This document shows, piece after piece, positions 1 through 12,041 of a DNA stretch of 52,308 nucleotides. Source of the stretch: Guillardia theta CCMP2712 (Eukaryota > Protista > Cryptophyta); NCBI RefSeq assembly GCF_000315625.1, contig NW_005434562.1, positions 168,515 through 220,822 on the forward strand, given 5' to 3'. The notes under the pieces were generated by a model. It saw only the letters and a program-made list of their open reading frames with translations, was not told the origin of the DNA and searched no databases. The position numbers and the translations under genes were made by a program. Within the stretch, counting starts at the first letter, position 1. Every line of letters begins with the position of its first letter.

Positions 1-1368
1 GGTAGGGGTAGAATTGTAAGGGAAGAAAAGGATGGAAGAGGGGAAAATGGAGGATACCGACCTTGATGTTATGGAGGAACCAATCCTCTGTGATCTCAGC
101 GATCTGCCTCTCGGGCATTCGACCCTACCAAGTCTACTTACTTTCCTCCTCCTCGTCCTCCTCCTTGTCTTCCTCCTTCGTTCTCACCTGCTCGTTGAAC
201 GTTTTATCATGCAGAACGCCGACGGTGTTGATGAGCAGGTCAACCTGCTGGAACCTCAGGCCATGCCCCCCAGCCTCCCTCCCACTTCCTCTGTTGTCCT
301 GCTTGTAATCCTTGCCCCTACCTCTTTGACTCCTCCCTTCTCCCTCCTCCCTTCTCCCCCACCTTTTCCAATCTCTTCTTTCCCACCTCCTTCCCTCCTC
401 CTCACCCTTCCATTAGTCTTCGCCTCAATCATCTTGGCAGCTTCCGCAACGCTCTCCTCCACCGTGATATCCATCGGCACAACCTCAAGACGATCTGAGA
501 ACTTCTCCTTGAGCTGGAGGAGCTCCTGAGCTCCCTGCGGGTTGCGGACAGCCGTGATAATCCGTCCCTGGAACCTTCACCTCCTCCGTCAGGGGTGCGA
601 AGGCAAAGAGGGAGCGAAAGAAAGAGTGGAGAGGATAGAAGATAGAGAGGAGGGAGAGGAGGGAGGAGGAAGAGTGGAGAGGAGAATGGAGGAAGAGAAA
701 AGGAAGTAAGAGGAGGGGACTAGGAACGAAGTAGAGGGGCGAAGAGGAAAGAGAAGGAAGGATGACAATGGAGGAAGGGAGAAAGGGAGGAAGAGAGGAA
801 GGGAGGAGGTACAACAAGATAGAACCTGTCAGGGAGGGCTGAAGCCATGGCAAGTCCGATCCCGCGCGATGCTCCGACGATGACGGCGACAGAGGAGGGG
901 TCCGAGTTCCTCTTTTCTGCAATGGAGAAGGAAACTCTCAGCCAGTAGGGTAGGAGGTTTACAGCAGCACCTGCGCCGCTCGAAGGGCCCACGGCCATCT
1001 CCGTGCTCTGAGAGGAGAAGGACCTTGTCCTTGACAGAGCTCTACATGCTGCTAACGTGTCAGCTACAACGGAGCTCCTCCTCCTTCCAACGAGACCGCT
1101 GAGACTCTTCACAGCCAGTCCTCCTGACAGGAAAAGTTGGAGCTGCGGGCAGACTCTCACTGAAGGCAGGCAGACATTTGCAGTCAGAACGTACATGGCT
1201 CCTCTTCAACGGTAGCATCACGCTCGTTCGAACTGCCTGCATGCTCTTTGCGTTCCTGAAATTTCCCAAGTCAAGTCCTGGGCTAGCAAGGAATCCGCTG
1301 GCAGGGTAGGCTGAGAGAAGAAAGAGCGAAACAACTAAGGCGGTCGTGCGTTTCGTTTCTCTTTCCAT
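1..1368 (-). CDS. Short-chain dehydrogenase/reductase (CsgA/C-factor-like), spliced, runs off the window start; probable signal plus transit peptide
   Basis: Exons read VAVIVGASRGIGLAMA (Rossmann GxxxGxG), FQGRIITAVRNPQ..RLEVVPMDITVEESV, VDLLINTVGVLHD and GRMPERQIAEITEDWF. The N-terminus MERETKRTTALVVSLFLLSAYPASG-F looks like a signal peptide followed by Phe. Confidence 0.8.
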
Positions 1369-1823
1369 CCAGATAGCCTTCAAACAAAACAACACCAATC
1401 ATGTTCCATTCATACCAAGTAGCAAGAGAGAAGAGGGTGTGCTAAGCAAAAAAGGACAGAATGCGTGTGTAGAACTCGTTGGACCGTAATGTAATTGTGA
1501 GATTGCTATGAATAACACAACAAAACGTGTTGCGGGTATGTGTTGTTGCCTTCGAGCTCTCTTGTTCTCATCACACCCTTTGAACTCTCGCATTCTCATC
1601 ATTCATTAGGTCCATCCTTGAATCATTCTGCACGATTCTCACTCATTCTGCACGATCCTCACTCTCAATGATTCGAAGTTGATTCAAATGAGACGTTCTC
1701 AGAACTCTCCTCGCTTGCAACATCACTTTTCGTTGTATCTCGTGTCCACAATGTGAAGATATCCATTTTTCCATTGCGATACCTCGAATTCTCTGTCATC
1801 TGCTCCTGCTCTTGCTCGTGCTC

Positions 1824-1834
1824 CTACTCCCGCC

Positions 1835-1905
<71 letters not shown>
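1824..1905 (+). repeat. (CCTGCT)n hexanucleotide microsatellite
   Basis: Directly visible tandem run. Confidence 0.95.
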
Positions 1906-2520
1906 CCCTCCTGCTTCTGTCCTCCTCCTGCTGCTGCTGCTGCTGCTCTCATTTTCTTCTTCCCTTTGTATCCCCGCGACATGGCGATCCCCACAAACCA
2001 TCTTTCATGACCCCTACCCCCTCCAAAATCCTTCTTGGACCTTGGACTATATGGTTGGTAGTAGGAAGATATGAATCAGGAACACCCCTACCCCATCAAA
2101 TTCCCCCAAGGTCCTTATGTGCCCACCTGTAAAATACAGAAAAAAAGAAAAAAAGAAAAAAATCCTCAACAGGTTTGCGGAACTTGACATTGAGATCAGA
2201 CTGGAGGAGCGGGGGGAGGAAGGGAAGGAGAGGAGAGGAGAGGAGAGGAGAGGAGAGGAGAGACGGAAGAGGAGCGAGGGAAGAGGAGATAGGAGAAAGG
2301 AGAAAGGAGAGCAAGAGAGCAAGAGAGGGTAGAGAGAGGTGACAGGGAGGAGCTGGTGAGGACAGAACAAGATTCTGATCAGTGAACAAGGTACAGAGGA
2401 AAATCAATTTATGTGAGATGCACATGGTAGGAGCAATGTGTATACTGTCGGTATAGGTGGAGTGAAAGAGCAGAGGCAGAGACAAGGACAGAGACAAGGC
2501 CAAGTTAGGCAAGGAGCTCA

Positions 2521-3642
2521 TTGCATCGCAACAATGGCCCTGCGGATATCCCTTATTTCATACTCCTGCTATCATCGTCTCGACTTTGCCCGATCGCTTG
2601 CTATGAGGGACCCCTCTGCCCGTGGCTACAGCAAAGTGATGCCGAGATCGTCGTGGAAGTGTTCACCGACCCACAGACTTGCAGCTCGAGATCGAACGGG
2701 CACGGGCCGCTGGAGCTGACAGGTCTTGTCTTGCATGACATGCTGCTGTGGTTGTGAAGGGATGCACTGCAGGGAAGCAGCAGCACATCAAGGTCTTCTT
2801 CACCGTCCTCGATGTTGAGAAGGAGAGGGGTATGAAACTCGTCATCTGGGACTCTTGCCAGACTGTCTTCTCCGAGTACGATTACGACCAGCTCGTGACG
2901 GCTGAGCACCAGTCAAGCGAGATCTTGATGTACGCGCAAGACCGATGGGTGGGAGGACACGACAACCTCTTCATCCTGCAGCTGCTCCGTGCGGACCGGA
3001 CGGTAGCAGCTCAGGGTTCGAGTCACTTCACTGTCCCGCGCATTACGAACGTGACTGAGGGGCTGCTGGGGGAGATGGATCAGGAGGGAGGAGGAGGATG
3101 CGACGAAAAGGACGAGTGCTTTTCTCATGTCAGGTCGGTACACTGGAGCCCCTTGGCGTGCAGTCAGCCCCGAGCTCCCCTCCGCATCTTCGATGTGAGC
3201 TTGTCGCGATGGTCGGAGGATCGGCTCGAACTGTTTGTCCGACCTGGCACGGGGGCAAGACGCGAGGAGAAGTTGGCGATGGAGGGAGCAGGGATGATCA
3301 GACTGAGGGCCCAACCTGTGCCCCTCGGCGATGGTTCTTTCTGCGATCACTCTTCTTCCTTTGTTGCAGGGACGATGCTGATGGCGGTGGGAGTTACAGG
3401 AGGAAGGTAGGCATGTTGCATGTTGTGAGATCAGGAGTGAAAATTCAGCGTTTTGAGCAGTGTCGAGCACTTTGGTCATTTTCTCCTGGATTATTTGTTC
3501 AATCTCTTCAGGATGCATTCTGCTGTACATCAGGGTATGCTATGTATGTTGTGGTGCTGGTGCTGGTGATGATGATGGAGATGGTGGTGGTCGTGATGGT
3601 TATGGTGATGGTGATGATGACGATGATGATGGTGGTGATACA

Positions 3643-3691
<49 letters not shown>

Positions 3692-5928
3692 CTGACGATG
3701 ATGATGGTGGCGATGGAGACCATGACTGAGATGATTATGAAGATGACTGTGGCATCGATGATGAAGATGAAGATCATGATGATGCAAAAGGCATCATAGT
3801 GACTCTGCATCTGTGTCACAGATGACGTGGACTTTTCCTGGCCTCTGAATTACACTTGTATATTGGACGACATGAGAGAAACGATGTCGGACCTTCCCAA
3901 GCGGAAATTCTACAGCACAGTGAACTCAATCTGGTGAAGATGATGCTTGAAATCTGCTGTGCTGATCATGTTCACAGCACACGCTGGTTGTCGTTGGGGG
4001 AGCTGCCTGATGGCTCATGCTTTCAGCGGGTGAAGCAGCATGGCTGACTTGCGATCATTCACTTTCCTTCAGGTTATCCTTTCCTTCGGATCTCTGGAGC
4101 TGATCCGAGCAGCGGATGTTTCTGACGTCGTTTCTTTGCGACGGCAAGGCAATGAATGTGATGGATTTCTTTTCAGGTTCCCCTGCATGTTTTCCGCCCA
4201 GAGTGCAAGTGCGAAACTTTTGCATGATCCATTCATTTCCAGTCACTTTTTTGACAGACATGTGGTTGAAAATTTCCAGAGGAGAATTCTCAATCACTTC
4301 GGTAGATGCTGTTGCTGCTCCAAGCTCTGCTTTCCTTCCTTTCTCCTTACCTTCACCTTCTCCTTGCGATGGCTTCCTTGACCTCTTTGACTTGAAAGGT
4401 TTGAAAGTCGGGAAGGCTGAAGAGCAAAGAGAAATCATATACCTGTCAAGAAACGTGAGTGAATGAGTCGCGACGACACTGTTCGTGTGACATGCAAGCT
4501 AAGGACACGGGATGGAGAAGAATGTTGAACGAGCACGAGCTGGTTTTGAAATGGAACGACAAAAATCCTCATTATCCCATGAGGTCGTTCCAGCTGATAC
4601 CGAAGAGACGCCTGACAAGATGTCAGATCTGTCTCTCTCCATACCATGACCATGCTCGACCAGTTGTCTCTCCTACAGGTTTGCCCTCCTCCTCCTCGTC
4701 CTCTGACTGCTTCTCTCATCCGTCATTTACCTTCCCCCTCTTCCTCCTTCCCCCTCTTCCGCCTTTGCCTCCCTTGATTCTTACTCGACCTGCTATGCAA
4801 CTCCGACCTTCCCTTCTAGAGGACCCGCGTCATGATCGGCATCAACGGAGGACAAATCAACGCGCTCTTCCTCCTCCCTCCTGTGAGCACATTTGCTTCA
4901 CCCTCCCCTCCCTCCCCCCTTCCGCTCTCCTCCCTCTCCCCTCTCTCTCCTCTCCCCTCTCACCGCTCTCCTCGCTCTCCTCCCTTTCCCACTCCAGCTC
5001 TCTTCTCTCCCCCCTATCTCTCAGCTGAGTCCGAGCTCTACAGGGGTCGACCTGTGCCTCTGTCTTTGCGATGAGGTGGACGGACCAGAACTTTGGCTAC
5101 GTCTATCATTCGTGGTTGAAGTTGCGTGGGGTGAGACCAGAAAATGGGGAGGAGCAGGGAACGGGAAGGAAGGAGAGGACAGGGAACGGGAAGGAAGGAG
5201 AGGAGGAGCAGAAGGAGCAGGAAAGGAGAAGGAAGGAGGAGCGATGACGAGCAAGGGGAGCAACTGGGAGAAAGAAAGCGAGGAGGAGGAGGTAGGGGGG
5301 GGGGGGGGAATAGACAAGGGGAGACAGGAGGAGGAGCAGGTAGAGCGGAAGGTGAAAGGAAGACACTGAGAACTTGACAGGTCAGGTACATTCAATTTGA
5401 TATCACACAGGGAGGGACAACCAACTTAGACTGGCTCTCGTAAGCTGAATGCTATTGCCTCGTCCCTCCTGATCTTCTACTCCCATCTTGACCTGGCTGC
5501 TCTCGATACTGAACCCTCCCGTCCCTTCCCTCCTCCACCAATTGCGAGGCAATCGCTCACAATTCTCTTTTCCCCTACCTTCCTTCTCCCAATCGCCCTC
5601 CTCCTCGTCCTCGAATCCTCCTCCTCCTCCTCGCTCGTCAGGTTCGCCAAGTACTCGGACGACTGGTCCTCTTCCATGCGGGCGATCAGGGACGCTGACA
5701 TGTCGATGCCTTACGAGCATTTCCACGAGTTCGTCCACGCGGTAGATGCGCCTTCTTGCTTCTCAGCTCACAAGTTGACAGGCGTTGGATCCTACGGTGT
5801 CGAAGTTTGACTCGACGGACTCCCCAGCTGAGCTCTCTAAGGTCGAGCTGGACTCTACATCAGCTGTTGTTATGTGGTTGACCCGTTTGCAGCTTCTGCA
5901 TCATTTTGAGCGAGAGCAGAGGCTTTGA
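2521..5928 (+). CDS. Multi-exon protein with a glycosyltransferase family 61 (DUF563)-like domain; start uncertain, could be two genes
   Basis: Exons REIIYLSRN..RRMLNEHELV (about 4430-4545) and RVMIGINGGQINALFLLPP (about 4825-4882) resemble the GT61 motifs YISR..RRILNE and IGPHGAGLxN. The last exon LLHHFEREQRL* ends at 5928. Confidence 0.55.
3565..3785 (+). repeat. Degenerate (GAT/GGT)n microsatellite, intronic
   Basis: Visible run; source of the spurious poly-D/M/H/I ORFs. Confidence 0.9.
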
Positions 5929-6035
5929 CCTTGCAGGGACCTCCTCCTCCCCCTGTCCTCACCTTTGCTCCTTCTTCTCCTTCCTTCACTTTACACACAC
6001 AACTCTCCTCCTCTCCTCCTACTTCGCTCTCCTTG

Positions 6036-8097
6036 TCAACTCTGTTTCCGCGAGGACTTCGACGACGTCGCCAGCTGACCGCAAGCTGCCGACTGATCGT
6101 CTCCTCGCGTCACGCGCACGAAGCAGGCGAACCCCCGCTCATGATGTGCCGCTGGAACCTGCAGGTGGACGTCAGCTGGAGGGGTGCAACTCAAGTTCTC
6201 TTCCTCTCGATCCGGAGCCGCTGCGCCCTCTTGAACTCCTCCGTCCCGATGTCATTGTAGGGGATCAGATCCACACAGACCTTCAGCCCTGCCAGTACGT
6301 GGAACCTCAGCAGGCTTTCAGCTGGCATCAGAGCTGGACCTTGCTCTAGGAGGGGAGTGAGCAGCTTCATGAGCTGATCCGCTTGCTCGACCGAGTCATT
6401 GATGCCATCGATAAGCGTGACTGCCACACTTGTCATCCGCTCGCCTTGCTTAGCTGGAGGGACTTGCAAAGCTATTTCTCACCTGCCACCATGAAGGTCG
6501 ACATCTGCTTGCTCCTGCTCTTGAGCGCGGCGATGTAGGCCTGACTCGAGAGGGTGAAAGGGGGCGCGAAGTTTGTCAGCTCACGTCTCTCAGCTCGACC
6601 ATCGTGTTCGCCGTGGTGGGGACCAGCTTGGATCGGGTCCTGCACCAACGTCATCGTCTCCTTTCCCTCGCCGAGACTTGTCACGTGTCATCTGCTGCAT
6701 GCACCGACCATGCGAGCATCGCAGGGATCCCAGCAGCCGCCTGCTCGTCGACGGGTCAGCTGGGGACATGCTGAGAGAGAGAGCAGTAGACCCGGATGAC
6801 GGCAGGTGAAGGGCCAACGCTGAGAGGAGAGGAACGTCAGAAGTGGAGAAGAACAAGTCTCGACTTGCCTGGACACGGTCACGCGATTTTTCGCCATCTG
6901 AAAACAGTTTTGATCGGTGAGGACTTCACAAGCCTGACCAAGAGAGTCAGTGCCGGGGCAGGAGACACAAAAATGAGCAGGAGGAGAAAGCTCGAGTGCT
7001 GCAGCGGGTTGACGAAAATCTTCGTGGAGCAGGAGCACGAGTAGGGGCATGGACAGGGGCAAGGGCAGAAGCAGGGAAAGAGCAGGGGCAAGAGTAGGAG
7101 GCTCCGTGCCTTCTTGACGTTGACGAAATTGTTGAGCGGTTCTCCCATGCCCATGAAGACAATGTTGTGCAGCGGCGGCAGATTCTCTTCCTTGATGCAA
7201 CGGAGAGCAATGTAGACCTGAGACAAAATCACATGAAAAAGATCTCCCTGCTCTCGCTCACTTGCGAGAGGATCTCGTGCGAGGTCAGCTGGCGGATGAA
7301 TCCCATCTTGCCAGTAGCGCAGAAGGAACAGGCCCGATTGCATCCGACCTGGGCACACCATCACACTGCTGCTGTTGCTGCTGCTGCTGCTCCTCCTCCT
7401 CCTCCTCCTCGCCCTTCCTCTTCGTCTTTCTCCTGCCCCTGCCCCTGCTCGTCCTCCGCCTCTCCCATCCTCTTCCTCCTGCTACTGCTGCTGCTCCTGC
7501 TTCTTCTGCTCCTCTTCAATGTCTCTACCTGGCTGCTCACGCACAAGGTTGTGCGAGGCTCAACGACTGAGGCGGCGGTCGGTCTGCCTTCATGGGGTAT
7601 GACCACACTCTCGATCTTCGAGGACCCGTCAAGAGCAGTTGGAATGATGAACGAGGGGGAAGCGTGGGAGGGGAGGGGAACAAGACACGGAAAGAGGTAG
7701 GAAAGGGAGCAAGCGAGGGCAGGGGGAAGAGGAGGAGTGGGATGGTATACACCTCCATGCCGTCCTGCATGGCGATGAGGAGCTTGATGGTCCCACAAGA
7801 TGCTCTGGTGACGTGGGAGACTCGCGGGATCTCCTGGAAGTTCTCCTTCAGCTTCTTCCTCGCCTTCTCCGTCACTGTCTCGTCCGTCCATGGGTCCCTC
7901 CCAGCCCTGATGCTCGCCCATACCAACTTCGCTTTCCCAGTCCCTCCCAGTAGCTCCCCAAGGTCAGGAAGATGCTCAAAGACCGAGGGCCGCGGCGTCT
8001 GCACAAGAGCATCGGCATCGATCGCGTCTGCAGCCACTACCATCCTCATCGCGGATACACTCTCCTGAACGCACTCGGTAAGTCGAAAACCAAGGGT

Positions 8098-8131
<34 letters not shown>

Positions 8132-8316
8132 TCTTTCACCTGCTGTTTTGTCCTCAGACGAAAGCAGCTCGACACCTTCGGTCGCAGAGAGGAGAGGAGA
8201 GGAGAGGGAGAAGCTCGAAGCAATGGCAGGAGAACATTGTTGTAAGATTCGCAGAAATGAGAGAGAGAAACGATGAGGGCAATGAAGAAGGCTGGTGACC
8301 GACCGATCATTCTCAT
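6036..8316 (-). CDS. rlmN: RlmN/Cfr-family radical SAM RNA methyltransferase, probably organelle-targeted
   Basis: Spliced motifs [25 protein letters not shown] (CxxxCxxC), [34 protein letters not shown] and [12 protein letters not shown]. The N-terminus is hydrophobic ([16 protein letters not shown]). Confidence 0.92.
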
Positions 8317-9399
8317 GCTGCAGTGAAAGCATCAAAACAGACTCAATCAGAGCATCAGCTGATCGTTGTGATGACGATCATCTTCCCAGCCATATCCTGC
8401 TTTCTTCTGCCTGCTGTCACTTTGCGCCTGCTCCCTTATACTATTCATTGCTTACTCCTCTCATCTCCTCTTTCTTCTCTAAACCTGTCCGTCAGCCATC
8501 ATCTAGTCTATCTGATACCTTCTGCCATCTTCCCTTCCTTCTTCTATCGTCCCTACTCCACCACCACCACCTCCTCCTCCTCCTTCCATATGTCTGTCTC
8601 CTTCCATGCTGCTGGTTCACGTTTGGCCCCCGGTGCCTGCTGTCCTCCACTCCCTTCAATTCGCTTGATATGACTCGAGCTATTCGTATCTTGCTGCCCA
8701 ACTTCCTTGTTTTTCAACAGTCAGTTCAACCGTGAGTGCCGCGCGCGGCAGTGCGCGGCGCCGCGGCGGGCTCCGAAGGGGACCGTGCTGCCTAAGAGAT
8801 AGACTGTATGCTAGGATGTGAAACCCAAGCATCCAGACATGGGGGGACCTTAGCAAGACGGCTAAGAAGGTCTCCTTTTCAATCAGTCGAGCCTCTGCAA
8901 TGTAACTTCCGGACTCCGGGAGTCCGGCGTCTTGGTTTACAGGAGAGTTTTTGTTAACTCGGCGCTATCTGACTGGCACGGCTGGCCTACGATCCATCCT
9001 CCGCACTGTGTGACCCGGGCCGGGGCGGGCGTGTTACTTTTTCCAGTGTAGCGGTCGGAGGCTCGCCCGGGGGCCCGGCCGCCCACCGGCGGGGCCCGGT
9101 CCGACGGTCTGTGCTGACCGTTATATTAAGAAAGATCAGAAGGTAACGGACAGAAACAACATGGATGGGTAAGATGCATAGTCCATGGCGGGGAGCGGGA
9201 GGAGATGGGGAGAGAGAGCGCGAGAGAAGATGAGCGACGGAGATGCGAGCAGAAGAGAAGATGAATGAGGAGTAAGTTCAAGGGGAGTACATGCTTGAAA
9301 GGAGCCAGGGAAGCAGGATACGAGGCAGTCTTGTGCTGTCGTGTTGAGATTTGAATTTTTGATTTGTTACATTGGCTTCCCCTGTTTCGCTTGCATGAC

Positions 9400-10263
9400 A
9401 TGGTGTATCAGAGATCTTCTTGCTCTTGCTCTTGCTCTTGCTCTTGCCCTTTCTATCCTTCTGCATCTGAAGCTTCTCATCACTTCAGAAGCACGGAGCA
9501 GCGAAGCTTGCAAGACGATCAGCAGGACGCGGAGTCGAAGAAGCTCCCAACGCACATAGACGACAAGGTGTCTCGAAGTTCTCAACAGCTCCATGCATGA
9601 CTGACATGTGTGAACAGGACAAGAACGAGATCGGTGATGGCGATGATGCGTCGCCATAGCGTCGCTGGTAGGTTTCGCCATTGCTGACGATCACTCAGGA
9701 GGGGATGCTGTCTGGACACTGAGTACTGCGAAGCCTGGGAATGGTGTTGAGCAACTCAGGTGAGTTGGAGGAGAGCGACAGCGAGAGCGAGAGGTAGAGC
9801 GAGAGAGCGAGAGCGAGAGAGGGAGGAAGAGGTCGAGGGAGAGGAGGAGCAAGCTGAGACCTTGTTCAGAGACAACAACACGGACACCTACTGGCAGTCC
9901 GACGGGCCTCAGCCGCATCTAGTCAACATTCAGTTCCACAAGAAGGTGGAGGAGGGAGCAGGAGGGGGCAGACTGATGGGCTTGCAGGTGAGTATCAAGG
10001 AGATCGCGATGTACTGTGACTTCAAGTTGGACGAAAGTTACACACCGAGCAAGATATCGTACAAGAACATCTCTGTACCTTGTTCTTCTTCTGAAGTTTC
10101 TGCAGTATCAGGGCTGGAACACACTTCCATGACTTGCAGGTAGTCCTCCGCTTGCTCGTTGATGGCAGCTCACCGCCCTCGCAGGACGTGAAAGAAATCA
10201 ACCTGGAAGAGCCATGCGGATGGCTGACGGTAGCAATGAGTGAAAAAGATACTGCTGAGATAG

Positions 10264-10339
<76 letters not shown>

Positions 10340-11306
10340 TCCTCCTCCTCCTCCTCCTCCTCCTCTTCCTCCTGCTCCCTCTGCTCCTCTACAACCACCA
10401 CCTCTTCCATCACCTCTTCCACCACCTCCACCTGCTGCTGCTGCTGCAATGACAAGGCCGATTTGCTTCAGGTGCCGCTGAGCAGAAGAGATCTTGCGCC
10501 TTCGGAGGTGGAGGAGAACAGTGATTTCTCGTGTGACAGTAAGCGATTGTGTCAAGTGATGAATCACATGACTTGCCTGCAGACTCTCTCAGAGCTTTCA
10601 TGATTCAGATCGCAGTGCTTGCAAACCATGAGGTAAAACGATGTCCGTGTCTGAAGAGAAGAGAAGAGAAGAGAAGAGAAGAGAAGAGAAGAGAGAAGAG
10701 AAGAGAGAGAAGAGAAGAGAAGAGAAGAGAAGAGAAGAGAAGATATCTGATGTGATGTGATGTGATGTGATGTGATGTGCTGTGCTGTGATGTGATGTGA
10801 TGTGATGTGATGTGATGTTATCTGATGTGATTGAAGCAATGTGATGTATGATGCAATCATCTTCGAGAGATTTAGTGATGTATCTGTTGATATTCTTGCA
10901 AGTTCCTTCGGTGCGAGATGATCGATTGAGTTTTGATCTTCCACTCTCAGAATGGTCGAGACTCTCACATCCGTCAGATCAAGATCTACGGACCACGTCC
11001 TGTCGCCCCTGGTGTTGCCCTCCTCCTCTCCGCTCCTCTCCTCTGCTCCTCTCCTCTCCTCTCCTCCCTTTCATCCTCTCCTTTCCTCTCTATCCTCCCT
11101 CTCCTCTCCTGATCTCAATTCCTGTCCCTTTCTCTCCTGCTCCCCTCCACCACTCACTTCTCCTGCATACCTTCGCTCACCCGCTCCTCTTCCTCTTCCT
11201 CCTTGCATGCTGGCTGTAATCAAATTGGGCAGGGCTGGAGGGGCTGGAGGTAGGAAGCAGCTCGTTCTCGACACCTGAGTTCTCCTCCTACTCTTCGATC
11301 CGATGA
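9400..11306 (+). CDS. APC10: Anaphase-promoting complex subunit 10 (DOC1); start codon uncertain
   Basis: Exons [74 protein letters not shown] and [16 protein letters not shown]. The C-terminal IR tail FSSYSSIR* ends at 11306. Confidence 0.93.
10265..10830 (+). repeat. Intronic microsatellites (GCT)n/(CCT)n, (GAAGA)n and (TGATG)n inside APC10
   Basis: Visible runs at about 10265-10365, 10654-10741 and 10748-10830. Confidence 0.92.
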
Positions 11307-11534
11307 CCTCGTGCGCTAGTCGGAGAGGAAGGAAGAGAGAAGGGAGATTGAAGCCTGCAGGAGGAGAGGACAAGGTCAAGAAAGGCAGGACAGTACCTGC
11401 TGCAAGGAGTGTTCAATCTCAGGAGGAGGAACCGGGGAGGACGGGGACGGGGACGGGGACGGGGACGGGGACGGGGGTGTATCTGAATAATTTCTTGCTA
11501 ATTGGAACATGACAAGTACATTGTAAGATATTCA

Positions 11535-12003
11535 TCAGATGGTTGATGACTTGGCAGAAAGTCCTGGAAGCTCGTCAAGATGGAGAGATCGATTGAGAGA
11601 TCGAATGAGAGGAGGTGAGAGGGAAGGGGAGACAAGAGAAGATGCTGAGAAGATGGGAGGATGGGAGAGAATTTGAGAGGAAGAGAGGGCGAGGTAGGTC
11701 AAGGAAATCAGGGAAGGAGGGAAGGAGGGAAACAGGCGAGGGAGGGGAGGGAGGGACGAGGAGCGGGGGAAAGGAAGGCAGGAAGGGAGGGAGGAACTGT
11801 CATCGTACCCATCACGCGTCCTAAGGAGCTCTCGCGGTTCTCTTGAGCTCGCTTGTCTCCGAGGAACATCAACGAGCAGCGCGCGAGCATCTGCTGCTGC
11901 TCCTCCCTGGCGCGACTGAGAAGCTCCTGCCATGTCGGGCTCTCCTTCCTCCCTCGCGCGCTCTCCTTCGCCTGCATGGCAGTCAAGCGACCGAGGAGGA
12001 GAG

Positions 12004-12041
<38 letters not shown>

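Noticed and set aside
1723-2521. Poly-GA, poly-SC and poly-L ORFs
   Set aside because: Products of (CCTGCT)n and purine-rich simple repeats; no coding evidence
3460-3819. Poly-D, poly-H, poly-M and poly-I ORFs
   Set aside because: Translations of an intronic (GAT)n microsatellite
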